Positions 44,605-54,357 of a stretch of 64,000 bases of DNA are shown in pieces. The DNA comes from a virus (lineage: Duplodnaviria > Heunggongvirae > Uroviricota > Caudoviricetes), in IMG/VR virus record IMGVR_UViG_3300025011_000017. The stretch is one strand, 5' to 3'. Within the stretch, counting starts at the first letter, position 1. Every line of letters begins with the position of its first letter. Below the pieces are notes generated by a model. The model was not told where the DNA came from. It made no database searches and saw only the letters and a list, made by a program, of their open reading frames with translations. Both the position numbers and the translations under genes were made by a program.

Positions 44605-45285
44605 ATGTCACCAAAACTATCATGTAAATGTCAAATATGCAAAGAAGAACTTAGTATAAAAAATAAATATGTCTTAGAATATGTTACAAGAAAAGGAACA
44701 TTTTCTAAAAAACAAGGGCATGAAAATTGTGTCAACGATTGGTATAAATTATATACATTTAAAAAACCAAAGAAAGAAAAGAAAGATAAAATAATACTTG
44801 CAAGACCAAGAAAGTGTCAGATCTGTAATATACTTGTAGATGCTGACAATATTTTTACTTTAAAATACACAAATAACAACGGCAATCCAAGTGAAAAAAA
44901 GGGACATGAATCTTGCGTGAAAAGTTGGATAAAAGATCGTGAAGATAAAGAGTCTATTAATGAAATGTTGAAATATATATTCAATATTCCAGATATACCT
45001 AAAAGCTTTTTTGTTCAATTAAGTGTATTACATCAATCTTACAGTTGGAGTGTAATAAGGATAACAATAGAAGAAAAAGAAAAAGCTATGACCTCAAATT
45101 TTGATAAAGGATGGAGATATATTTTTGCAATTATTAGTAATAGTATAGCACAAATATATAAAGAGTTACAAAAACAAGAAGAAAGAGTGATTTCTGAACC
45201 ATCGTTTACTAAAGTATTTGATATTAATTCTCTTCAAGGAAAACAACTAGATAACACAGATTATAGCAGGATACTCGATGATTAA
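44605..45285 (+). CDS. hypothetical protein with duplicated Cys/His module
   Basis: RBS GAAAGGAG; internal repeat CxxC...GHENCV / GHESCV. Confidence 0.45.
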   Translation: MSPKLSCKCQICKEELSIKNKYVLEYVTRKGTFSKKQGHENCVNDWYKLYTFKKPKKEKKDKIILARPRKCQICNILVDADNIFTLKYTNNNGNPSEKKGHESCVKSWIKDREDKESINEMLKYIFNIPDIPKSFFVQLSVLHQSYSWSVIRITIEEKEKAMTSNFDKGWRYIFAIISNSIAQIYKELQKQEERVISEPSFTKVFDINSLQGKQLDNTDYSRILDD

Positions 45286-45297
45286 AGGGGTCTTTCA

Positions 45298-46794
45298 ATG
45301 GATGAACTATTTCCTATAACTGATATTGCAACAGAAGGATTGGTATTAGGATGCTTGTATAAAAATGCAGACTTATTGACAGAATATGAGGACTTAATAT
45401 TTCCAGAATACGATTTTTATAATGAAGACATAAGATTCTTGTATAATTTACTTAGAGAGATTTGGCATAACGGAAATACAAGAATCGACGAAACAACAGT
45501 TAATATTGCAGTAAGTAAAAGTTCTGATAAAGCTGAAAGATTAAAAAAAATTAGAGGCTTTCCTACAATACAAAAATTAATGGATAAAGTTAATTTAGAT
45601 GATTTTAACACATATTATACAGATATGAAGAAGTATAATCTTCTTAGAGCGTTGGATAAACAAGGGTTTCCAATAAAACAACGTTGGGATAAGATTTCAA
45701 AGCTAAATCCAGAGGCAATTTATAAATATTTCGATCATGGACTATCAAAAACATTTACCTACTATGAAGGTGTCTCAGGAAGCACTATTTTGGGTAAAAA
45801 CATGCTAGAAAGGTACGAAAAGTGGAAAAAAGAGCCTGATATTGGCATAGAATTACCATTTTATATCCTAAATAGTGCTATACGAGGTTGGAGAACAGGA
45901 AAGCTAAATAGTACAGGATTACACTCAGGTTGCGGTAAGTCAAGAATTATGGTAAATATAGCAATGCATATTGGCATAGTTCAACAAATTCCATTGCTTA
46001 TTATTGTTAATGAACAGGATGAAGAAGAATGGGCATCAATGTTGCTATGTGCTGTAGTAAATAATCTATATGGCCCAAGTTCTGGAATTTATATTGACGA
46101 AGAAAAAATAATAACTGGTCAGTGTTCGCCTGAAGAGGATGCTATTTGTAAAAAAGCGGCAGAAATGATTGAGCGAAGATCTAAAATTCATTTTCAAGAA
46201 GCAGTAATTTATGACTACAAAACGCTTAAAAGGGTTCTAAAAGTTCATAAATTACGTGGAGTTAACCATTTTATCCTAGATACATTTAAACCTTTTAGGG
46301 GAGAATCTGGAGCGTCATGGGAAGCATTTGTTAAAACTTCAGAAGAACTTAAAAAGATTTGTGGATCAAAGAAAAAGGGTGGACTAGACATGGGAGGTTG
46401 GTTAACCTTTCAGCTTACTGATGATAGTTTATTTGATAAAATTCTTACAAGCACAAGCGTTGCCAGTGGAAAGCAAATTAAGCATAATTTAGATAATATG
46501 GGTTTATACAGAGAATTATCTTATACTGAAAAACAGAGTATTCAATGTTCTGTTTATGAAAAAAATAATCCATTTAATGGTAAAGTAATTGATTTAGATC
46601 CTCGTAAGATGTATTATATAATGTTTAATGATAAGAATCGTGGAGGTAAAGATAAACAAAAAATAATACTAGAAGTAGATAAAGGTAAATTGATTTTTAA
46701 AGAGATTGGATTTGCTAAATTTAAAAAACAAGAAGACGAAGATATGTTAGAAAAACGTCCAAAATCTAATTCTAGTTTCAAAGTTAGGCACTAA
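45298..46794 (+). CDS. DnaB-like replicative helicase
   Basis: N-terminal EGLVLGCL, Walker A GLHSGCGKSR, RecA-fold C-domain. Confidence 0.65.
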   Translation: MDELFPITDIATEGLVLGCLYKNADLLTEYEDLIFPEYDFYNEDIRFLYNLLREIWHNGNTRIDETTVNIAVSKSSDKAERLKKIRGFPTIQKLMDKVNLDDFNTYYTDMKKYNLLRALDKQGFPIKQRWDKISKLNPEAIYKYFDHGLSKTFTYYEGVSGSTILGKNMLERYEKWKKEPDIGIELPFYILNSAIRGWRTGKLNSTGLHSGCGKSRIMVNIAMHIGIVQQIPLLIIVNEQDEEEWASMLLCAVVNNLYGPSSGIYIDEEKIITGQCSPEEDAICKKAAEMIERRSKIHFQEAVIYDYKTLKRVLKVHKLRGVNHFILDTFKPFRGESGASWEAFVKTSEELKKICGSKKKGGLDMGGWLTFQLTDDSLFDKILTSTSVASGKQIKHNLDNMGLYRELSYTEKQSIQCSVYEKNNPFNGKVIDLDPRKMYYIMFNDKNRGGKDKQKIILEVDKGKLIFKEIGFAKFKKQEDEDMLEKRPKSNSSFKVRH

Positions 46795-46808
46795 GGTAGG
46801 TGTAATAA

Positions 46809-47825
46809 ATTGACGCACAAGAAATAAAAGATAAAGTAATTTCTGATAATAATATTGAATTAATATTAGATAAAATTGGATGCCAAAACATTAGAGATAG
46901 GGGGTCACATATATCCGCAAGTAGACCAAACGGTGGAGATAATTTATATGGAGTTGTAGTATATAAGGATACATTGGTCACTCAGTGCAATACTGTTGAT
47001 TTTGATGGAACTGATTTAATTTCATTAGTAGAATTTTTTAAGGAGTTTCAGTATTTTACCTATGCTTTAAAGTTTATTTGTGATATTTGTGGATACGATT
47101 ATTATTCCAACACGTATGTCAAAGAAGAAAAGGAATTATTAATATGGTTAGATAAATTAGATAACTTATCCTCTGAAAATTTAATAGATATTCCGTTAAA
47201 ACCTATTCCTGAAGGAGTTTTAAATAAATATATCCATACTCCACACGAAAAGTATTTTAATGAAGGAGTGTCTATACAAGCTCAAAATGAATTTGAAATA
47301 ATGTTTAGTCTTACAGATGAGAGAATAGTTTTGCCAATTAGGGACGAATTAGGATCTTTGATTGGGGTAAAATGTAGGACTACTTTACGAGAAGAGGAAA
47401 TAGAAGGAAGAAAATTTATTTACCATTATCCATGTTCGGAAAAAAAGATTTTGTACGGTTTGCATAAAACTCTTCCTTTTATTAAGTATTATAATGAAGT
47501 TATAGTAGTAGAAGGAGAAAAAAGTGTAATGTTGTTATGGTCATATGGTTATAAAAATGCTGTAGCTCTTGGCAACAAATATCTTAGTGAAGTTCAATTA
47601 GATAAATTAATTAAACTTAATGTTCCAATCGTTATTGCTTTGGATAAAGATGTAAATAAAATAGAAGGTCACATTAAAAAAATAGTTGACCGACTTAAAA
47701 TATTTACTGAAGTAAGTGTAGTTTGGGATAAGTGGAGCATTCTTAAAGAAAAGGAAAGTCCTTGTGATAATAAAGAAAATTGGGAAGAGTTATATTCAAA
47801 AAAGTTCTTGACAAGTATAAGATAA
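46809..47825 (+). CDS. DnaG-like primase (TOPRIM domain); likely ATT start
   Basis: TOPRIM VVVEGEKSVM and IALDKD; frame open from 46809 encoding GCQNIRDRGSHISASRPNGGDNLYG upstream of the first canonical start (TTG 46974); AAGGTAGGTG N6 ATT. Confidence 0.55.
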   Translation: MDAQEIKDKVISDNNIELILDKIGCQNIRDRGSHISASRPNGGDNLYGVVVYKDTLVTQCNTVDFDGTDLISLVEFFKEFQYFTYALKFICDICGYDYYSNTYVKEEKELLIWLDKLDNLSSENLIDIPLKPIPEGVLNKYIHTPHEKYFNEGVSIQAQNEFEIMFSLTDERIVLPIRDELGSLIGVKCRTTLREEEIEGRKFIYHYPCSEKKILYGLHKTLPFIKYYNEVIVVEGEKSVMLLWSYGYKNAVALGNKYLSEVQLDKLIKLNVPIVIALDKDVNKIEGHIKKIVDRLKIFTEVSVVWDKWSILKEKESPCDNKENWEELYSKKFLTSIR

Positions 47826-47836
47826 TGTGATATACT
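47808..47836 (+). promoter_or_regulatory. promoter overlapping primase 3' end
   Basis: TTGACA 47808-47813; TGaTATACT 47828-47836. Confidence 0.5.
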
Positions 47837-47864
47837 AAAAATGTGGAAGAGAGGTGGTGAAGTA

Positions 47865-48008
47865 ATGAGACATGTAAACTTTAGTAAAATTACAAAGAGT
47901 TCAAATTATGCTAATAAAGTATCATTGATGGCAAAGAGTAAAGGAATTAGTTATTGGGAAATGATGGATGAATTACATCCACAACTCAAATCTACAGATG
48001 TAAAGTAA
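47865..48008 (+). CDS. 47-aa hypothetical protein
   Basis: GAGAGGTGGTGAAG RBS just downstream of promoter 47808-47836. Confidence 0.35.
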   Translation: MRHVNFSKITKSSNYANKVSLMAKSKGISYWEMMDELHPQLKSTDVK

Positions 48009-48011
48009 TGA

Positions 48012-48353
48012 ATGAAAGGATTGTTAAATATTAATAAGCAACCTCAAAAAGTAATCCAATATGAAATACAACCATATGATGTGAACGCTATAATTTCATA
48101 TAATGGTCAAGTAATTAAACGACAAACGATAAGGAAGGATGTAAAAAAGTGTAAATCTATTCATAACGGTACTACAACAATAGTTATTCTAGATGATGGA
48201 TCTAAAGGAGTGGCTAAACTTAATCCTAAAGATACCTATAATGGAGAAATTGGATATGGTGTTGCATATTTTCGAGCAAAAATTAAACAAGCCGAAAAAC
48301 AATTAGAACTTTTGTATAGTGGTAAATTTATTAATGAAAAAATTGAATACTAA
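48012..48353 (+). CDS. hypothetical protein; paralog of the gene at 18035
   Basis: Shared C-terminal motif (see 18035 entry). Confidence 0.5.
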   Translation: MKGLLNINKQPQKVIQYEIQPYDVNAIISYNGQVIKRQTIRKDVKKCKSIHNGTTTIVILDDGSKGVAKLNPKDTYNGEIGYGVAYFRAKIKQAEKQLELLYSGKFINEKIEY

Positions 48354-48385
48354 AAATAAAAATAAAATGAAAAGAGGAAATTGAA

Positions 48386-48658
48386 ATGAATATTTTGGGT
48401 AAAAAGAAAGTTAATGGTGCAATTGAAAATGTTTTATCAAAGGGTACAAAGTCTAAAGAACGTAAAACAAGTTTACTTTCTGGTCTACAATCAACTTTAA
48501 CAGGTTTAAAGGAAGAAGAACAAATTTTACGTGGCGTTAGATCAGAAATGCAGGAAATTATGGAAAATCTTAAAGCTGAAGATGTATTATTTGAACAAGA
48601 ATTAGAATCTATTTCAACAGTAAGGTCGAATATTGAAAAACTTCTTGGAAATGCATAA
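48386..48658 (+). CDS. hypothetical coiled-coil protein
   Basis: RBS AAAAGAGGAAA; 90 aa. Confidence 0.45.
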   Translation: MNILGKKKVNGAIENVLSKGTKSKERKTSLLSGLQSTLTGLKEEEQILRGVRSEMQEIMENLKAEDVLFEQELESISTVRSNIEKLLGNA

Positions 48659-48719
48659 CAGTTAATTATGGACAGGGTAAAACCTGTCCTCCCAATTCAA
48701 GAAAGGAATTAGTGATAGA

Positions 48720-50357
48720 TTGGCAATTTGGAAACAGAAAATAGCTAAAATTGAATACGATAAGGAAGATGATATTTTATCTAAGTTAGCTAGTATTAAT
48801 GGAATAGAAGATTTGCAATCGTGGTTAAAACCATCAGAAGACAGTTGCTTTTCACCATATTCACTTGAAAATATATCAGAAGCAGTAGATAAAATAATAG
48901 ACGCAATTGATTGTGGTTTTAGGATAACGGTGTTTGCCGACATAGACGCAGATGGAATAACATCTATGGTAGAACTAGTAAGATATCTTCGTAAAGTTGT
49001 AGATGATCCAGAGCAGATTAAATTCGCTCACAGTCAAAGATCTGAGGGACATGGGATCGAAACAATGATAGATCAAGAATTTCCTGATACAGATTTACTA
49101 GTTATTGTAGATAGTTCTACGAACTCAGTAGAAGGATGTGGATATTTTGCAGATTTAGGTATGGATATAATAGTGATCGACCACCATCCTAGTAATATTT
49201 TTAACCCTTACGCCCTAATTGTAAATCCTCAAATGTGTGATTACGAAAATAAAGAATTATCAGGAGCAGGTGTAGTTTACAAAGTTCTTCAAGTATTAGA
49301 TGATAAGTTAAATGAAGATTACGCTTTTGAATTTATTGATCTTGCAGGTTTAGGAATTTATGGTGATGTAATGGCGATGGATATACCAGAAAATCGTTGG
49401 TTCGTATACAATTCCTTAAAGAACGTCACAAATTATGGCTTACAAGCACTTCTAAGAAATAGTGCGATATTCGATCTTAAAGCAACTGATTATGGTTTTA
49501 CAATAGTTCCGATAGTAAATGCGTGTGCAAGATTAGACAAAATAGAATTAATAATAGAATTATTACTTTGTGATAATCCAGAAGATGCAAAAGAATTAGC
49601 CAAGCAATGTATAAAGCTTAATAAACTTCGTAAGAAAATGCAAAAAGAACTTTCAGATGAATTAATTCCAGAAGTTGATCCATCTAAGAAAGTATCTATA
49701 ATAATTACAGATAAGAGTAGCAAAGGTTTTAATGGTCTTATAGCAACTAATGTAGCAGAAAAATTTCAACGTCCATGTTTAATTATGACACATACTAAAA
49801 ATGGTATGGTAGAGGGTTCTGGAAGAAGTTATAATGACTTCGACCTCAGAGAATTTCTTGATAATAGTGATTTGTTTGAATATTGCTCTGGACATGGTGC
49901 TAGTTTTGGAGTAGGTTTTAAGTTTGAAAATCTAGAAAAAATAGACATCTATATACAAGAGCAATTAGATGTAAAATCATTTGAACAAAAAGAAAATGTT
50001 ATATATTATGACTTGGAGATTGATGCAGAAGATATTACAGAAGAGTTTATTAAGAAAGTAGCATATTTTAATTTCGTGTCAGGAAAAGGTTTTAGAGAGG
50101 CTAAATTCTTAATTAAAAATTATACTGTTGAAGAAAGGAAATTGTTAGGAGTAAACGAAGACACTATAAAATTGACTGGCGCTAGGGATTTAATAGCAAT
50201 GAAGTTCAAAACAAATAGTAATTATGCAGATGAAACAGAGTTCAGTTCTATTGATATTATTGGTACGTTAAATATTAATAAGTGGTATCATAGAGGATTG
50301 CGTGAGTGGCAAAAAAACAACCAAATATTTATGGAAGATTTTAGGTATTCAGAATAA
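48720..50357 (+). CDS. DHH-family phosphoesterase (RecJ-like)
   Basis: VFADIDADGITS (motif II) and IVIDHHPS (DHH). Confidence 0.7.
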   Translation: MAIWKQKIAKIEYDKEDDILSKLASINGIEDLQSWLKPSEDSCFSPYSLENISEAVDKIIDAIDCGFRITVFADIDADGITSMVELVRYLRKVVDDPEQIKFAHSQRSEGHGIETMIDQEFPDTDLLVIVDSSTNSVEGCGYFADLGMDIIVIDHHPSNIFNPYALIVNPQMCDYENKELSGAGVVYKVLQVLDDKLNEDYAFEFIDLAGLGIYGDVMAMDIPENRWFVYNSLKNVTNYGLQALLRNSAIFDLKATDYGFTIVPIVNACARLDKIELIIELLLCDNPEDAKELAKQCIKLNKLRKKMQKELSDELIPEVDPSKKVSIIITDKSSKGFNGLIATNVAEKFQRPCLIMTHTKNGMVEGSGRSYNDFDLREFLDNSDLFEYCSGHGASFGVGFKFENLEKIDIYIQEQLDVKSFEQKENVIYYDLEIDAEDITEEFIKKVAYFNFVSGKGFREAKFLIKNYTVEERKLLGVNEDTIKLTGARDLIAMKFKTNSNYADETEFSSIDIIGTLNINKWYHRGLREWQKNNQIFMEDFRYSE

Positions 50358-50378
50358 ACAGTAAAAAGAGGTTGGCAT

Positions 50379-52595
50379 TTGAGTATAATAAATGAGAACG
50401 CACAAAAGTTATTAGCACAAAGATATTTTCTTAGAGATGAAGAAGGTAGATTATTAGAAGATACGGCAGAAGAAATGTTTGCTAGAGTAGCAAGAGCGAT
50501 ATCTAAAGCTGAAAAAACTCCAGAATTACAAAAAAAGTGGAGACAAATATTTTTTGATACTATGAAGGCTTTAGAATTTATTCCAAGTAGTCCACAATTA
50601 ATGAATTCTGGAACATCAATGCAACAAATTAGTTCATGTTTTATTCTTGATGTAGAAGATAGTATTGAAAGTATTATGGATATAGCAAAAGATAGTGCTA
50701 TTATCTTCAAATCTGGTGGCGGAGTTGGGATGAGTATGCGGAATATTCGTCCCAAGGGAGATATTATTAGTACATCTAAAGGAGAAGCGTCAGGCGTAGT
50801 TAGTTTTATGAATATTTATAATATTCTTGTAGATGTTATTAAAAATGGAGGAAGAAGAAAAGGAGCAATCCTAATTACTATTCCAGTTTTTCATCCAGAA
50901 ATCATGAACTTCATATCATGTAAAACAGATACTTCTGCATTAAATAATATGAATATTAGTGTTGGTATTACGACTAAATTCATGGAAGCAGTTATTAATG
51001 ATGAAGATTTTGAACTGATTAATCCTAAAACAAATAAAGCACTAGAAGTAGTTAGAGCAAAATATCTATTTGATAAAATAGTAGAACATGCTCATGCTAC
51101 AGGAGAACCTGGAATTATTTTCTTAGATGTAAGTAATAAAGATAATCCTAATCCACAATTAGGAAATATTGATACAGGAAATCCGTGTAGTGAGTTTCAA
51201 GCTGTAAAAAATTCTAGTTGTAATCTTGGTAGCATTAATCTTAGTTCAGTAGTAAGTAAAAATGGTACAGTAAATTGGGTAAAATTGTACGACCTTATTA
51301 ACATTGGAATTAGATTTTTAGATGATGGAATTGACATAAATCAATTACCATTACAAAAGTTAGTTGAAGTAAATCAAAAAACTAGACCTGTTGGACTAGG
51401 AGTTATGGGATTTGCTAACTTATTGTTTAAATTAAAAATTCCATATAATTCAATAGAAGCAGAGAGGTTCACTGATGAATTATTCACGAATATAAGAAAA
51501 CAATCTGACTTCTATACTGAGTTATTAGGTAGTGAAAAAGGTTATTTCCCAGAATGTAAAAATAGTATCTATAAAGATAGAGGAAGAAGAAATTCTACAA
51601 CTTTATCAATTGCCCCAACAGGTTCAATTAGCTTTATTATAGATGAAACAGGTGGAATCGAATGTGAATATGCTCTAGTTTCTGTACGAAGAACGGAAAA
51701 TGGAGATCTTTATTATCAAATAAATTCGGTCTTTAAAGCCGAATTAGAAAAGAGAGGTTTATATTCAGAGGAACTTATAGATAAGATAGCAGAAAATCAT
51801 GGTTCAATCCAAAGTATGATGGAGATTCCAGAAGATATGAGAAAGGTATTTGTTGTAGCACATGATATTTCTCCAGAATGGCATTTAAGAATTTTATCCA
51901 ATGTAGCTAAACACGTTGATTTATCTTGTAGTAAAACTATTAATTTCCCTAATGACGCTACAGTAGAACAAGTTTCGGATGCATATATGCAAGCATATAA
52001 ACTAGGTACTATTAAAGGTATTACAGTTTATAGAGATGGGTCAAGAGAGAATCAAACTCTTACAGCAGGTAAGATGAAAGAAGACATTCAAGTTCAAAAG
52101 TTTGTCTTTCCTTCAGAAACATTAAAGTATGCTGATGCTACAAGATTTAAGGTAGATAGTGGATGTGGATCATTTTGGTTGTTCTTATGTTATGACGATA
52201 ATGGCGATTTACGTGAGATATTTTCACAATCTTCGAGTAGTGGTGGGTGTCAGGGAATGACAGAGGCTTTGAGTAGAATTACATCATTAGCATTAAAATC
52301 TAATATTCATCCAGATGTAATTATAGATCAATTAAAATCCGTAAAATGTCCAGTTAGCCTATTAATGAAAAAAGAAAAAGGATTAAACTCTAAGTCCTGT
52401 TCTGATGCTATTGGTAATGCTGTAAGGGATTTTATAAGAAAAGAAAACACAAAAATTATTCCAACTGATAATCTTCTTATTGAGTGTAATGCTACAGAGT
52501 ATGAAAAATGTCCTGAATGTGGAGAAAAATTAAGAATGACTCAAGGTTGTGTAGTTTGTCCTAATATGGATTGTGGTTGGTCGCGTTGCGGATAA
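50379..52595 (+). CDS. nrdJ: class II (adenosylcobalamin-dependent) ribonucleotide reductase with C-terminal Cys4 zinc ribbon
   Basis: N-terminal QRYFLRDEEG, active-site GNPCSEF, C-terminal CPECGEK...CVVCPNMDCGW. Confidence 0.75.
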   Translation: MSIINENAQKLLAQRYFLRDEEGRLLEDTAEEMFARVARAISKAEKTPELQKKWRQIFFDTMKALEFIPSSPQLMNSGTSMQQISSCFILDVEDSIESIMDIAKDSAIIFKSGGGVGMSMRNIRPKGDIISTSKGEASGVVSFMNIYNILVDVIKNGGRRKGAILITIPVFHPEIMNFISCKTDTSALNNMNISVGITTKFMEAVINDEDFELINPKTNKALEVVRAKYLFDKIVEHAHATGEPGIIFLDVSNKDNPNPQLGNIDTGNPCSEFQAVKNSSCNLGSINLSSVVSKNGTVNWVKLYDLINIGIRFLDDGIDINQLPLQKLVEVNQKTRPVGLGVMGFANLLFKLKIPYNSIEAERFTDELFTNIRKQSDFYTELLGSEKGYFPECKNSIYKDRGRRNSTTLSIAPTGSISFIIDETGGIECEYALVSVRRTENGDLYYQINSVFKAELEKRGLYSEELIDKIAENHGSIQSMMEIPEDMRKVFVVAHDISPEWHLRILSNVAKHVDLSCSKTINFPNDATVEQVSDAYMQAYKLGTIKGITVYRDGSRENQTLTAGKMKEDIQVQKFVFPSETLKYADATRFKVDSGCGSFWLFLCYDDNGDLREIFSQSSSSGGCQGMTEALSRITSLALKSNIHPDVIIDQLKSVKCPVSLLMKKEKGLNSKSCSDAIGNAVRDFIRKENTKIIPTDNLLIECNATEYEKCPECGEKLRMTQGCVVCPNMDCGWSRCG

Positions 52596-52634
52596 AATAA
52601 TAGGAGGTAATTTATAATTAATAAACAATACGAA

Positions 52635-53006
52635 ATGGTGAAATTATTCCATCAAAGTTTCAATCACCCTATAGCAGATAAACCTACTTTTATGCCAATC
52701 GAAAGAGCAAATATGAGATATAAATGGATGCTCGAAGAAATAAATGAATTTTTAGAGGCAAATGATATTTGTTGCCAAGTGGATGCAATTATCGATAATA
52801 TTTATTTTAGTCTAGGAACTCTCGTAGAAATTGGTATTAGTCCAGATAAAATATTTAAGATTGTTCAAGACGCTAATATGAAGAAATTATTTCCTGATGG
52901 AAAACCACATTATAGTCCAGAAGGTAAAGTAATTAAACCTGATAATTGGAAACCTCCAGAACCCAAGATTAAAAAAGTTATAGATAAGTTAATGAGAGGT
53001 GTGTAA
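52635..53006 (+). CDS. all-alpha NTP-pyrophosphohydrolase-like hypothetical protein
   Basis: ATG is 27 nt from GGAGG; frame open from 52611, so ATA 52614 / ATT 52617 may be the real start. Confidence 0.4.
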   Translation: MVKLFHQSFNHPIADKPTFMPIERANMRYKWMLEEINEFLEANDICCQVDAIIDNIYFSLGTLVEIGISPDKIFKIVQDANMKKLFPDGKPHYSPEGKVIKPDNWKPPEPKIKKVIDKLMRGV

Positions 53007-53233
53007 TGCTAGAAATTGGCGAAAAACAAAAATATGTTGTAGGACAAGAGATTAAAGTAAAGCGTACAGATGGCTCATGGAGTGATGCAAAAGTAACAGG
53101 AGTCTATCACAGTGGCATAGATGTTGAATTTTTAGTTGGTAATACTTTTAGAGGACAAGAACACGGTGGAGATCCTAACAGAAAAGCGTTTAAATTTATT
53201 ACAACACAATTATATAATACAAATATAAAATAA
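53006..53233 (+). CDS. hypothetical protein
   Basis: TAATG coupling; 75 aa. Confidence 0.4.
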   Translation: MLEIGEKQKYVVGQEIKVKRTDGSWSDAKVTGVYHSGIDVEFLVGNTFRGQEHGGDPNRKAFKFITTQLYNTNIK

Positions 53234-53251
53234 TGAAAGTGAGATTATAGA

Positions 53252-53830
53252 ATGAATATTACAGAACCATATATTAAATTTGCAAAATTAACGGAGACAA
53301 CAAAAATTCCAACTAAACGAGAAGAAGATTCTGGTTATGATGTTTATTGTAATATTGATAAAGATTATTATATCAATCCATTTACAACTCGCAGTATCCC
53401 AACAGGTATTGCTTCAGAAATTCCTAAAGACTGGACTTTTATTCTATTCGAAAGAGGCAGTACGGGCAGTAAAGGAATTAAACGATCAGCAGGAGTTTGT
53501 GATTCAGGATTCCGTGGAGAATGGCAAGTATTCCTGACAAATACAGCTTACAAAACTGTTGTTCTTAGCGTTAATCCTGAAAGAACAAAGCAATATCTAC
53601 TAAATTACCTAGAAGCAAAAGGTAGGGCAGAATTTGGATCTAAATATAATCCTATGGTAGCAAAAGTAGCAGATAAGGTTGAGAAAAATTACATCATATA
53701 TCCAGTTACTAAAGCTATTGCACAAGCAGTTCTGTTTTATACTCCACATGTGACACCACAAGAAGTTCCGTTTGAAGGGTTAAGTACATCTGAACGAGGA
53801 GATAAAATGTTGGGAAGCACAAATGCCTAA
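53252..53830 (+). CDS. dut: dUTP diphosphatase
   Basis: dUTPase motifs DSGYDVY, RGSTGSKG, GVCDSGFRGE; followed by strong terminator. Confidence 0.8.
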   Translation: MNITEPYIKFAKLTETTKIPTKREEDSGYDVYCNIDKDYYINPFTTRSIPTGIASEIPKDWTFILFERGSTGSKGIKRSAGVCDSGFRGEWQVFLTNTAYKTVVLSVNPERTKQYLLNYLEAKGRAEFGSKYNPMVAKVADKVEKNYIIYPVTKAIAQAVLFYTPHVTPQEVPFEGLSTSERGDKMLGSTNA

Positions 53831-53840
53831 ATAGTAAACA

Positions 53841-53875
53841 AGTGGGTAGAAAAAATATCTACCCACTACTTTTAA
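53841..53875 (+). terminator. rho-independent terminator after dut
   Basis: 10-bp stem AGTGGGTAGA / TCTACCCACT, 7-nt loop, followed by ACTTTT. Confidence 0.6.
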
Positions 53876-53900
53876 AAGTAAAAATAAGGAGTGTTAAATA

Positions 53901-54035
53901 ATGACAGATATTAAACAACAAGAAACTTTTAAATTTAAGGATTGTATTTCTAAAATTTCAGCATCAGACGTTAATAATCCAATCTTAAATCAAATTTTAT
54001 CTCATTTAAATCCAACTGAATTTAAGAGAGGTTAA
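53901..54035 (+). CDS. 44-aa hypothetical protein
   Basis: AAAATAAGGAGTG RBS. Confidence 0.3.
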   Translation: MTDIKQQETFKFKDCISKISASDVNNPILNQILSHLNPTEFKRG

Positions 54036-54039
54036 TTTA

Positions 54040-54357
54040 TTGGCTGTAAAAAAAGTTAAAAGTGAAAATTTACTCAACAAGAAAAGTACAAAAAAAAAGA
54101 AAATCACTATTACTACTACTATAAAATTAAACAATACTACCGTAAAGAGGAAATCTAAACCAAAGAATGTAAGTCCTTTAATAGAAAACGGTAAATCATA
54201 TTGTCCAATTTGTAAAAAACAAGAATGTACCATGTTGGATTATGGCTTTAGGGATGAGGATGAACATTGGTTTAAATGGTTATGTAAGCCGTGCAATGTA
54301 ACATTTGAAGTAAAAAAGTTTATTAATGATAACTCAGAGTTTATCATAAGGGAATGA
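54040..54357 (+). CDS. Lys-rich protein with C-terminal Cys4 zinc ribbon
   Basis: TTG after AAGAGAGG; CPICKK...CKPCN. Confidence 0.4.
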   Translation: MAVKKVKSENLLNKKSTKKKKITITTTIKLNNTTVKRKSKPKNVSPLIENGKSYCPICKKQECTMLDYGFRDEDEHWFKWLCKPCNVTFEVKKFINDNSEFIIRE

